Source of the DNA: Halocafeteria seosinensis
Lineage: Eukaryota
NCBI GenBank assembly: GCA_001687465.1
Contig: LVLI01000564.1
Location: forward strand, 1-51,490
Direction of reading: 5' to 3'
DNA length: 51,490 nucleotides
Positions within the stretch are counted from its first letter, which is position 1, and the number at the start of each line of letters is the position of its first letter. A program made the translations under genes and the position numbers. Under the pieces are notes generated by a model that did no database searches, had not been told where the DNA came from, and worked only from the letters and a program-made list of their open reading frames with translations. This document shows, piece after piece, positions 20,800-30,906 of this stretch.

Positions 20800-22386
20800 C
20801 TACTTCAATGCTGGTGCGCCTTTGCGAAGAAATTTTCCCAGAGACTTCAATCCGTGTTCTTCGCGCCCCAGAAACTGATCGCATTTGGAAGTGTTGTTCC
20901 CACAAAGAGTCACAAATGGATTGGATAGGGCGATTTCTGTAGAGCACTCAATGAAGATTCCTAGGAGAAACGGAGAATGGCCATGACTATTGCTTAAGGG
21001 CAGCTTTCGCGGGGTATCTTCGCCTGCTTTCCTTGTGATGTACACGTACAATTTTCCCTCCTTCAGTTCCAGATCACGAATGGGCGGACAGACATGTTCT
21101 ACTCGCCTTTTCTTCCAATTATAACTGTGCACACAGTGCCCACTCACGGTCTCAATAAATAACTGAACGTTTCTCAGTCTCTCCTGAGGGCTTAGCTCTC
21201 CCAACCTGCGTTCAGTCTCTTCCGAAATGTCCACTCCTATCTGCAACCGCGCACTTTTCCCCGTGTGGCAAGTATGCTGAAATATGCAATTGGGGACAGG
21301 ATCTATTTGCAGCGTTCCTCTAGGGTCTCGCTTGTACTCATTGCAGTTGTAACAAAGGGGCTGATCGGGAAGCGGCTTGTCCAGGACATGTTTGTCCTCA
21401 CCCTTTGAAACCACGTAGAACGCCGAACTGCTGGCCTGAAACTCTATTCGAGGCACTTGTATCTTCATGAAAACAGGAAAATCACCATGGCACCAGCTCA
21501 AAGGAAGTGTTCTCCTATCTAGGGCAAGGTCCAAAGTGCTTTCTTTGAGATTTAGGCTTCGAATCTCAAACGTGGGATCACTTGGTTCCAGCAGAGCTCT
21601 ATCAAAAGAAAATGTGCACACACGCTTATTTTCCACTGTGAAGACCTTTACTTGTAAGCCCTGGACTACATCTTCTAGGTCTCCTTCTTCCTGTAGAGCA
21701 CTGAGGCTCTCTGTGGGCGGAAGCGGAACAGTGACCATTAAGGGCTCCGCACCATTGACTTGTCCATGTGCATTCTTCTTCTGTTGTGCTATTTGCTGTG
21801 GCATGCTCCTGATATCAAATATGGAGCTGCTTGCTTCCCACTGCGAACATCGCGTTTTCTTTCGGTTGCCCTGCTCATACACGTGCGGATTTTCCTCAAC
21901 GATGACCTCTGGCTGATAGTCGAACTGAGTGGGGTCGGGGTCGGCGCATGAGCTCGGCTCAGAATCGCCGGGCGGGTTCGCGTGGCCCAATAAGTCTTCT
22001 TGTCCAAGTTTCGGCATACTTACACCTACCACTGGTGTTAATGGGTGCATGTTTCCTAGCGGTTCTTGCTCTGGTGCCCTCTTCCTTTTGCCTGTTGTGC
22101 GAGGTTGCCAAGGTGGAGGCGGCGAGGCTACAGGGTCATTTTCGACACTCTGGGGGGAAAGCCTTGTACTCAGCTCGTTGTTTTCCGACGGATCCAATGA
22201 GGAACGTAGGAGGGAACTTGTATTCTCGTTGAACCATGGCTCAGAATCCAATCCTTTTCCGAGGGAGTCTTCGCCTTCCTGCGACGGCCACCCATTGTAC
22301 CAATCCGGCTCAGGCACCTCGGAAGCAGGTTTTACATCTTCCTCATGTCTTTTGTCAAATACTGATTGCTCGTCCCTTGTTTCCAT
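20800..22386 (-). CDS. Paralog 3 of the 4-gene family
   Basis: Long ORF with likely ATG 22386 after a probable 5'-UTR intron (donor 22491). Contains LPLSWCHGDFP..SSAFYVVSK, CYNC, HCVHSYNW and LPLSNSHGHSPF..SNPFVT, plus NLS-like GKRKR and RKKTR. Confidence 0.83.
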   Translation of the reverse strand: METRDEQSVFDKRHEEDVKPASEVPEPDWYNGWPSQEGEDSLGKGLDSEPWFNENTSSLLRSSLDPSENNELSTRLSPQSVENDPVASPPPPWQPRTTGKRKRAPEQEPLGNMHPLTPVVGVSMPKLGQEDLLGHANPPGDSEPSSCADPDPTQFDYQPEVIVEENPHVYEQGNRKKTRCSQWEASSSIFDIRSMPQQIAQQKKNAHGQVNGAEPLMVTVPLPPTESLSALQEEGDLEDVVQGLQVKVFTVENKRVCTFSFDRALLEPSDPTFEIRSLNLKESTLDLALDRRTLPLSWCHGDFPVFMKIQVPRIEFQASSSAFYVVSKGEDKHVLDKPLPDQPLCYNCNEYKRDPRGTLQIDPVPNCIFQHTCHTGKSARLQIGVDISEETERRLGELSPQERLRNVQLFIETVSGHCVHSYNWKKRRVEHVCPPIRDLELKEGKLYVYITRKAGEDTPRKLPLSNSHGHSPFLLGIFIECSTEIALSNPFVTLCGNNTSKCDQFLGREEHGLKSLGKFLRKGAPALK

Positions 22387-23827
22387 TGTAGGCCTGTATA
22401 TCTTTCGTTTTCCTGGAAGACGGTTCTGAGGAAACATCAGCAAACAATAATTTTCTCGGAGTGGGCGCTTCAATGACCATCACCCGCTTACATCTTTGAT
22501 TTTATGGATTATTCAAGTACAATTTTGATCTGAAACTGTTAATGCTTCTTTTGAAAATATGTTCTCCTTTTTTAAGAAAAAAAAAACTCGTCTCGCGAGA
22601 ATGAAAGACACAAACTACCAAGCCAATAAAACTCAACTCGTCTGACAATCGTCGCGGACCATTAACTCCGATCTTGTGAGGCTGTTAGGAGGAGACAAGC
22701 ATGGAATTGCTTGCTGTATCCCTCTATCCACTCCAAATAAGCGGCTATATGAACTGCTCTGGGAACAACCAACCGTTGGTTTACTACTGTATACTGTGCT
22801 CTTCAGATTGATGATTGATCGCCGTTCATCAAAAGTCATGACCAACATACACCAACCATCGTGAAGTAGCCCAGCGCTGGTTCATCGCAAATTGCTCAAG
22901 ATAAATGTATCAGCCTAACCCCCAACATAAAGCCAAGCATATTCAAATAACTGTCATTGCCTGCAATTCACCATGGTTCGTGAATTCGTAGTCGTCGACT
23001 AGCTGAACTCGATCAAAGTGTCAGATCCTCTCAGAAGGCCTCTTCAACCTCATTGCGACAATGTCTCACCGTGATAGGCTCTCAAGCGACGTACTGCATT
23101 CCTATTTCATTGCTCCATTGCTGTACATACCACCCTGTGGTTTCATACTGGTCTGTACAATACATGGTAGCCAGAATGCTCCTCAGAGTAGGCTGCACTC
23201 TCTACAATTGTATCTCCACAGCTGCTGCATCAGTTTGGTGTCTGCAAGCTTTTTCGCTGTTCCACTTGATAGAAGTGCTACGTACGTACATGTATTGGAC
23301 TGCCAATTTGAGCATGCGTTCGATCGTTTACTTTTGGGGAACCTTCGAGCATACACAGGAGGTACAGTGCCGCACTTCCGCGATTTATCACAATGGTTAC
23401 AGATTTCGTACCACTAACGCACCTCCTGATTATGGCGTACTTCCTGACGGATTTTGGTCCCATATTGGTAGGAGCTTGCACTCTGAGTCTCTGACTCAGT
23501 CCGCGTTTGTGAAGCTGACACGAGCTCGCAGACAGCGGAGACTGATGAAACCTAAGAAGGTTTTTCAGAAGGGGTTGATATAACCTACACTTCGCATGTA
23601 AAATGCATGAAGAGTAAATATCTGTGTGGTATATATTTCGTTCATCAGGCACCATGTTCCTACGTTGGAAGGTAGGCGGATGTAGAAAAAACGCGCATGG
23701 ACCAAAATGCGCGCGCGCTCTTACGTGCAATACACGATGGATGGCCTATCAGTGCCATTGGTCGAACGATTGAAAATTAAGAATCGCAGAATATTGAGAT
23801 TTCGATGGCGCAATAGCCAAATTAGTA

Positions 23828-25822
23828 TCAGTTCTTCGGAATTGATCGTCCTCGGTTTTTGGACAGATACAAGTAACGGATTTCTTGAAGAACCCGCTCC
23901 TCAGAAAGGTCCCCAACCCTTTTGCCCTGGAATACCGATGGCATAATGTTTCTCTTCCCTTGAGACATGCTGATGAATGGATTAGACCGAATTACGTCAC
24001 AGCGATTGCCGTGAGTGACGCAGACCACTAGTCTGAACGGCGCGTCCCCATGCACTTTCGAAAGAGGAATCTTCCTGGCTGTTTGCTCACCAGACTTGCA
24101 ACAGATTGTCACACTCAATTCGTTGCCACTGCGTTCTATTTGGCTAACGTTTGGATATACGCTCTCTACCATATGAGTCTCCCAATTATACTCATAGGTG
24201 CTGTCGCTGCTGCCGACGTTTTCAACCGAGACACTCAGTTTTCCCTGTTTACGAAGGCTCTCTCCCGTCAACTTCCCAAGGGCTGTATTCATTTTTGTGG
24301 ACAAGAAAACTTTGAGACACAACCGATTTGCATGTTTGCTTCCATTCGGGGTCGTTTGTATGGACTGCACTACCAATCCTGGGATCATGTCCATGTCCAT
24401 GCCAGAAGTATTTGCAAGTGATGCCGCTACAGGGAAAGTAATACGGCTGTGGGATGGGAGGTCCTCATAGCAACCATACCCATCTTCACCTTTGCTGGTG
24501 ACACAAAATACGGGACTCCAAGCGCGAGTAGATGGGTTGCCAAAGTGCATCTCAAGACAAAGCGGAAAATTTTGCTGGCTTCTCGTCAAGGGGATCCCTT
24601 TTCGTTCGAGCTCCAGGGCTACCTTTGCCGTACCGTCCCATTGGGCAGATAGATCAAAACGCTTAACTTGCACATAAGTTTCACTTTTTTGCTCAAGCGT
24701 ATCCCAGTCGAACCAAGGTGCTCCAGTCCCTCCCAGCCTGAGGACACGAAGCCAACCGGTTTCCCCATTGGTATATGAACGGAAAATATTCTTTTGGTCC
24801 TCTGATGCGATGTTAAGCACCCATTGTAGCTTCGTGTTTGCCTGTCCGTTTTTACTGGGCTTGACGATTTGCTTCGCGATCGTAACGGGACACTTTCCGA
24901 AGTCAACGTATTCGGCGATCGGAGTTCTTTCTGGGACCCTTTGGTCTGCAACATCCCGCGTAGATGCAGAAGACGATTTGGAGCCACCACGGGGATGGTC
25001 ACCGTGCTGTGGTATGGAAGTTGACTCAACAGTGTTTGTTTGATCTCCCAGTATCGGTCGGGGCTGGGGGGTGCTGTACCTCAACTCTCGACGTACAGGA
25101 GTGTAGATTTCAGAACAATCACTGGCACTTGAATGTGAATGGTAAGGCTGAAACGCGCTGGCTGAGATAGGATTTGAAGCGGGTGTTGAATACGCGTTTG
25201 ATTGGGGTGGATCTCCGGTAGCGGGTCTGTTTGCCGATGGTTTCCTCCTACTTTTGGATCCCTTCTCTCTTGATTTGGAAGCCGATGCTCTTTTAAGAGC
25301 GGGCGAAATTGGTGAAGGCCTTGAAATTCTCGTAGCTGCTCGGTGCATGTCTTCATTAAGGTTGTTATCTGCTACCTGGCTGGCGATAAAGCAAGGAATG
25401 AAACACGAGGAGCTTCTTCGTATCGACAGGAAATTGGATTCTGGATTAGGGTCTTCCCGAAGGAGGTCTATGCACAGACGTTTTCCGTTTACGTTGTCAG
25501 CCAGATGGCATTCCGCTGCTGATGCCGATGTATCACTCTCACTCTTCAGGAAAGAAACGGGATCAGGCCGCGTGGACAAAGGGAAATGAGCATGGTCAGG
25601 TCTATCGGACGAGCTTTCGTGTGAAAACAGATCCTGCTCGAGAAAGTATCGAGCTAGACTACCGTGCTTCTTGAAGTCTTTTATCACGTCTTGTGCGAGA
25701 GGGAGGTTTCCGCACACAACATACACCGTGTTCTCCCTCTCGTTTCCAAGGGTGACATAGTTATTCCACCTATGCGCGTGGGGGCTGAATAACGGTACAG
25801 AGGAACGGCTATGTTCTTGCAT
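23828..25822 (-). CDS. Paralog 4 (most divergent) of the 4-gene family; true start uncertain
   Basis: Long ORF with IPLTRSQQNFP..SPVFCVTSK, YEYNWETHMVE and KIPLSKVHGDAPFRL..SNPFIS. A donor-like AG|GTAAGA at 25837 may place ATG 25822 inside an intron. Confidence 0.8.
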   Translation of the reverse strand: MQEHSRSSVPLFSPHAHRWNNYVTLGNERENTVYVVCGNLPLAQDVIKDFKKHGSLARYFLEQDLFSHESSSDRPDHAHFPLSTRPDPVSFLKSESDTSASAAECHLADNVNGKRLCIDLLREDPNPESNFLSIRRSSSCFIPCFIASQVADNNLNEDMHRAATRISRPSPISPALKRASASKSREKGSKSRRKPSANRPATGDPPQSNAYSTPASNPISASAFQPYHSHSSASDCSEIYTPVRRELRYSTPQPRPILGDQTNTVESTSIPQHGDHPRGGSKSSSASTRDVADQRVPERTPIAEYVDFGKCPVTIAKQIVKPSKNGQANTKLQWVLNIASEDQKNIFRSYTNGETGWLRVLRLGGTGAPWFDWDTLEQKSETYVQVKRFDLSAQWDGTAKVALELERKGIPLTRSQQNFPLCLEMHFGNPSTRAWSPVFCVTSKGEDGYGCYEDLPSHSRITFPVAASLANTSGMDMDMIPGLVVQSIQTTPNGSKHANRLCLKVFLSTKMNTALGKLTGESLRKQGKLSVSVENVGSSDSTYEYNWETHMVESVYPNVSQIERSGNELSVTICCKSGEQTARKIPLSKVHGDAPFRLVVCVTHGNRCDVIRSNPFISMSQGKRNIMPSVFQGKRVGDLSEERVLQEIRYLYLSKNRGRSIPKN

Positions 25823-26949
25823 TGCTTCTGCTCTTACCTTTTTATGGATTTTTCTAAGAACAGCTGCCAGCCTACCTATATTCGCAGATCCTGTGGATGC
25901 TCCAGTGGTTCTGAGCTAAGGATCCGTCGACTTACGCTTATCTAGCGTATAATAGAGTCACTAAGACCGACTGAGACTGATTATACACAAGGAACTGTGT
26001 CTTTCAGACAGAGTTTACCAGACACTTGTTTTACAATAGCCCGTAAAACTAATAGTATCCTCCGGTAGACTTTTCCTTGTCAAATCCTGGTTGAAGTTCG
26101 GCCTGGCTCGTCCACGAAATGAGCGTATCTATTTGCGCGAAAGAAGCAATTTTTCGATCCCTAGAATCCATAGGAGGATCACACCGTTGGGCAATGGATG
26201 TGCTCGTATGCATGTATTCGCCATCAGGATGAAATTGGAAGAGGGATATATCCGTGTGCTCGGCCTTATTCGAACAAACGGCTGCCTCCATTGCATTATT
26301 TACTTCATTGGAGGGCCCGGAGGCATGTCCTATCTCATGGTTGGTGTGTGCTTTGGCTGTTGTGGAAGGGAAGTGGGTAAACAGTTTTGGCGTGTAGTTT
26401 CGCTCGTGGGAGACGAACGGGACTCCTATAGCAAAAGAGCGCGCGCGAAAAACGGGATCTTGTTAGCTCCGTCCCGCGCCGCCCGCTTCGTCCTCGCAGT
26501 GACTCCTACGAACACTGACTCTACTTGCACATCATAGCAAAACAGGAAACAGGCGTCTACATGTATATTAAAAAGATATAATGGGAATATAGCAGTCGTA
26601 TGAGCTGTGCGCCAGTGTACATGTGATCTATCTCTGGATTTTGGTCTACAGGGGCATTAATTCCTCTCTTTTGGCCTCTGCCTCCGCGAATACTCGGTCT
26701 ATTAGGGACACCTATATACATTTTATTGCTATGTATTCATTATGGCTTGACTTTGTTGGTTAAAATGCGTACAACGGAAGGTATATACTTTTTCTCGCCA
26801 ACTTGAAGTCCGACCATTTGTGAAGGTGTGTTTGAATTTAAAATTCAAATTGTTGGAGAAACCGGTCCACTGCTAGTGGATCGATTAGACAGAATTGTTT
26901 GATATCCACGGGTAACACGGCGATAGAGATTCCCATAGCAATATTTAGA

Positions 26950-28107
26950 ATGGCTGCCGCGGAGGAGACTTCCCTGTCTGTGGAAGAATTGAAACGCCAA
27001 CTTGAGGAGAAGGGACTTGCAACCGGCGGAAACAAAGTTGACCTCTTCTACCGACTTCATACACCCCGTTTTCAGCATCTGAAAGTGAAGAAAGGATTCC
27101 AAACAGCAACATTCAAACAAAAGACGGTATTTGCAAAGCTGCTGGATGAACGGACCGGGTTCAGTGTGTTCTACTATCCCCCCATTCGCCACCAACTCGC
27201 TGACCCAGCCCTGTATTTTTCGAACAAAGTCCGTTTTCCCAATACCTCGGGAAAAGGTCGAACAGCTGCTGGGAAAAGACCAAGGGAGGAAGCACAGGAT
27301 GAAGGCAACTTCTCAGGTACTAGGTCCAACACTAAACCCCAGACAACCAGCGACCAAAGATTTGCAGGCACGTGTGTGCTCATACTGGTAGCTAAAGATC
27401 ATGAGTATAAGGTTGCTAAGGAAACTATCGATGTATATGGACGAGAATGGGAAAAGACGGAGGAAAGTTCCTTTGGTCGAGGACTTTATACATGTTACTC
27501 CTATTCCAACGTCACCCTCGTTCTCGCCTGCGCTTACTGTTACGGAAGGTACGCTGTTTCCATATTCGGACGGTTCTTGAGGAAGTTCGATCCAGATTTC
27601 GTTTCCACTGTGGGATGCTGCGCTGGCATGAAACCTAAACTGCGTTCGGAGGTGCCTGTATATCTGATAACCGAAGCCGTTAGCCAAGGCTCAGGGATAA
27701 CATATTACTCTGATCCACATCATACGGCAATGGACATGTACCGCAATTTAAATGAGTCCCGATATGTCAAGTTCATTGGCAGGCCAGATGCTGACACCAG
27801 GAGTCCGCGTGACACATGTCGGATTCTCTCTGTGGCTAGTGGAACAGTTGACGATTCAAGCCAGCTTGACGAAATGCTGTCCACGTATGGGTCGTCGTGT
27901 CTGGATATGGAGGTCTTCTTCTTCTTTGAGCTGGTACGCAACGAGAACCGTAGTCGAAAAGAGGACGGCAAGCGGGAAATTACCCTACTTCCAGCGTTGA
28001 AAGGATACAGTGATCACGCCGATAAAGAAGAACGCGACAAAAATCTTTATAGAGCCGTGAAGAATGCCACTTTTGCTTGCATAAACATGGTAGGATACCT
28101 TGTGTGA
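26950..28107 (+). CDS. SAP domain fused to a nucleoside phosphorylase/nucleosidase (PNP_UDP_1, Pfs-like) domain
   Basis: LSVEELKRQLEEKGLATGGNKVDLFYRL matches the SAP consensus. The C-terminal part has VLILVAKDHEY, FDPDFVSTVGCCAG, CLDMEVFFFF and LKGYSDHADKEERD, the ordered motifs of the MTA/SAH nucleosidase-PNP fold. Single ORF, first ATG 26950. Confidence 0.8.
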   Translation: MAAAEETSLSVEELKRQLEEKGLATGGNKVDLFYRLHTPRFQHLKVKKGFQTATFKQKTVFAKLLDERTGFSVFYYPPIRHQLADPALYFSNKVRFPNTSGKGRTAAGKRPREEAQDEGNFSGTRSNTKPQTTSDQRFAGTCVLILVAKDHEYKVAKETIDVYGREWEKTEESSFGRGLYTCYSYSNVTLVLACAYCYGRYAVSIFGRFLRKFDPDFVSTVGCCAGMKPKLRSEVPVYLITEAVSQGSGITYYSDPHHTAMDMYRNLNESRYVKFIGRPDADTRSPRDTCRILSVASGTVDDSSQLDEMLSTYGSSCLDMEVFFFFELVRNENRSRKEDGKREITLLPALKGYSDHADKEERDKNLYRAVKNATFACINMVGYLV

Positions 28108-28460
28108 AAGCAACAATGTCGGATATTTCGCTACATGCACAAATGCTACATTAGGGTTTCCCTATTGTTTGTGTCAAGTGATTAGTCACAGTTAATATAC
28201 GCAAGAATGACTATGCCTTCATTCTACTTAATAGTTAACTCAAAACTCCGCTGCATTACGATCGGTACATATCGCCAATTCGTTTGAGGGGATGGTTGCT
28301 TGTCCCATACAGTGCATCCACCAACGCCTAATCCGGGTCAGTTCCACGATTTCACCCGTAAATCCCTCTGAGTGTGTTAGTGGGTGACTGTTGTCTTTTA
28401 GCTTGCCTTTCCTTATAGCGTCACGGTCATGACAGTGAATCTAGACACTAGCGTGGTATC

Positions 28461-29396
28461 TCACGTTTCATGATGTATCGCTCCAGTCATACTCCTCATG
28501 GCTGCTTGGTTAGCGGCGGTGAATATATCTAGCCCGAGTTCCCCACCGTCACGGTTTAAGCAACCACCCAGGGTTATTGCCCCCCGCCTTGCTGGTCTCG
28601 ATCGACGTACGGGGGTCCAGCTCAACTCAGACCCACAAGTGCCATGAGTGACCAACGAGCTATCAGTTGAGCAGGCGTCTTCATCAGGCTCGTCCCAGGA
28701 TATAGAGTTTGTGGAAACATCGTGATTCTCAGATGGCTCTTCACCGTAGTTCCTATTGACATGTTGTAGAGCATTACTCTTTTGTTTGTTGCATTTCGCC
28801 TGCAAAACTTTCCCCATTAAATCTATCCAGGCCGGTACGTCTTTGAAGCCGGGGATCCGAATTTCGTGAAACGTTGTCAAAGCCTCTCTCGACTGACCCA
28901 GTATGACAAGCACGCACGCCAGATCATATAGTGCAAACGATTTTTCTCTTACTGTTGATTTATTTTTTTCCAAGCAAAACGATGCGCTGCGGAAACGGTC
29001 TCGGGCATTATCATAGTCTTCCCATACTGCGAGACGGCGACCTTCTAGTCGGAGAAACTGAGCCTCCACCCGCTTGAATAAATGCAGGTCGCGTTCCTCC
29101 GCTTTGTTCAACATTTCTTCTGCCTGATCCAGTTGGAGTAATTCTATGTGAGCAATTGCTTTATAGAGATAGGCGCGTCCACTGTTTGGCTGCATCTGAA
29201 CCAAGGGTCCGAAAGCCACTCTCAGAGCATCTTGGGGTCGGCCTTCACAAAGAAGAGCCTCCCCAATTCCTTTATATGCATCGCCACAATTTGGATGAAT
29301 CTGCAGGACTGCATGAAACTGCTCCCGTGCAGACCTGAATTTACCAAGTCCTATTTCACTGTCCGCCGACATGACATATTCCTCAACGTTTGCCAT
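28461..29396 (-). CDS. TPR-repeat protein with acidic Ser-rich tail (copy A)
   Basis: Contains AREQFHAVLQIHPNCGDAYKGIGEALLCEGRPQDAL, QPNSGRAYLYKAIAH and EKSFALYDLACVL; aligns with the neighbouring copy from MANVEEY. Confidence 0.85.
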   Translation of the reverse strand: MANVEEYVMSADSEIGLGKFRSAREQFHAVLQIHPNCGDAYKGIGEALLCEGRPQDALRVAFGPLVQMQPNSGRAYLYKAIAHIELLQLDQAEEMLNKAEERDLHLFKRVEAQFLRLEGRRLAVWEDYDNARDRFRSASFCLEKNKSTVREKSFALYDLACVLVILGQSREALTTFHEIRIPGFKDVPAWIDLMGKVLQAKCNKQKSNALQHVNRNYGEEPSENHDVSTNSISWDEPDEDACSTDSSLVTHGTCGSELSWTPVRRSRPARRGAITLGGCLNRDGGELGLDIFTAANQAAMRSMTGAIHHET

Positions 29397-29613
29397 CGTG
29401 TCACCCTGTTCAAAGAAATTCAATCGGAGTTCAACTTCCGCACAGGATCTATAGATAGGACTGCCAGTTTTGCTTGTAATCAATAAGAAAACGTTACTAG
29501 CTAGAATGCTTTATGATTAATTCGACTTAATTCTCCTTCCATTATCGAGCGGGTTTTCAAGACACACGTATTTATATTTCTAGACTTGTGCTGAGATACT
29601 GACAAGATGAGGA

Positions 29614-29646
29614 CTTCACAAACAGGTTGTGAAGGAAGGCTTCAAC
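29614..29646. promoter_or_regulatory. Inverted repeat upstream of TPR copy A, conserved with copy B
   Basis: CTTCACAA-acagg-TTGTGAAG followed by gaaggCTTCAAC. The repeat is seen directly; regulatory function is inferred. Confidence 0.45.
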
Positions 29647-29947
29647 GGAAGTTCAACATAGTTACGCCTAACTCTTGACAAAAGTACCACATCGAGTCCC
29701 CGCGTGCGAGCGGTCTAAAACAGCCTCTTATTGCCCTCCTCCGTCAAATTGCTTGGAATGCCTTAAGAGCGCTGTCACAGCTACAAGGGTAGGAGGAGCC
29801 TAGCAGGAGTCGACACACTGGCCTCAGGTTCCGACGTTCACCCGCTCACCCACTGTGGACGAACTTGTACAGGTTGTATGATCTTACTTTACGGTGTAGG
29901 TTTTAAATACATTAGATTTTATTTTCATTCTTCTGGTACACGTGAAA

Positions 29948-30709
29948 CTACTTGGAAGCTACGTAATCCTGTCTCACTGGCGAACGTTCCAGGTCACCTC
30001 GCAAGCAGAAAACACCCTGAGGGTCATCCGAATCATCGGAAATCGCGCTCGCTGAGGTATCATCACTCTCCGACGGATCCTCTTCACGTTTGTATTCGAG
30101 TGGGGCTTGTCCTTTAGCCTCAATTGCACGACGTAGCTTGCTTATTCGGGCTGAAACATCTTTGAAGTTGGGAATACAAATGGCCTGAAACGTGTCCAAT
30201 GCCTGCTCCAGTTTATGTGCTTCCAATAGGCAACAGGCGAGGTCATAAAGCACCATTGACTTTTCTACTATCGTTGACATCAAGTTTAAACTTTTTGATG
30301 CAGATTGATAACTACCTATGGCTTCGGTATAACGGCCGTCTGCAACCAGGCGTCGCCCTTCCACCCGGCGCTCCTGCGCTCCACACCTAGATTCCAGGTG
30401 TCTACTTCGTTCCCTCGCCTCATTCAGCATCAACATCGCCTGATCATATTCCATTTCCTCTATGTGAGCCATTGCTTTACAAAGATATGCTCGCCCGCTC
30501 TTTGGCTGGATTTGAATCCATTCGCGAGCCGTCTGTAGTGCATCTTGGGGACGGCCTTCACACAGTCGACAGTCTCCGATTCCTTTCAGTGCATCACCGG
30601 CGTTAGGATGATGCGCCAAGGCATAATTAAAAGTTTCTCTTGCACTCTGGAACCTTCCGCATTCAATGTCACTGAGACCCCGAGTGGTGTATGAGTCTAC
30701 ACTTGCCAT
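29948..30709 (-). CDS. TPR-repeat protein (copy B, shorter tail)
   Basis: Contains ARETFNYALAHHPNAGDALKGIGDCRLCEGRPQDAL, QPKSGRAYLCKAMAH, EKSMVLYDLACCL and IPNFKDV; collinear with copy A from MASVDSY. Confidence 0.85.
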   Translation of the reverse strand: MASVDSYTTRGLSDIECGRFQSARETFNYALAHHPNAGDALKGIGDCRLCEGRPQDALQTAREWIQIQPKSGRAYLCKAMAHIEEMEYDQAMLMLNEARERSRHLESRCGAQERRVEGRRLVADGRYTEAIGSYQSASKSLNLMSTIVEKSMVLYDLACCLLEAHKLEQALDTFQAICIPNFKDVSARISKLRRAIEAKGQAPLEYKREEDPSESDDTSASAISDDSDDPQGVFCLRGDLERSPVRQDYVASK

Positions 30710-30906
30710 TCTGTTGTGCAGTTGCGTTTGCTTAACAGTGTTGGTTGCCACGTCACGACTTCTCAAGTACTTTTGCTGACAGGAACCATGGATTTCACAA
30801 GATACTTTCAACAAACTCTATGTACTATAGCATTGAATATTCCTTCAAGACATGCTTAATTATTCAAGTACAGTTGCTAAAAGCTCCATGAAATCCTGGA
30901 AGCGTA

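Noticed and set aside
26049..26537. Short ORFs between paralog 4 and the SAP-PNP gene
   Set aside because: No recognisable motifs; probably divergent promoter/UTR DNA, although a small peptide gene cannot be excluded.
22508..30872. Identical 14-mer ATTATTCAAGTACA upstream of paralog 3 (22508) and TPR copy B (30859)
   Set aside because: A few 14-mer matches are expected by chance in 51 kb, more so for AT-rich words, and I did not find it upstream of the other island genes.
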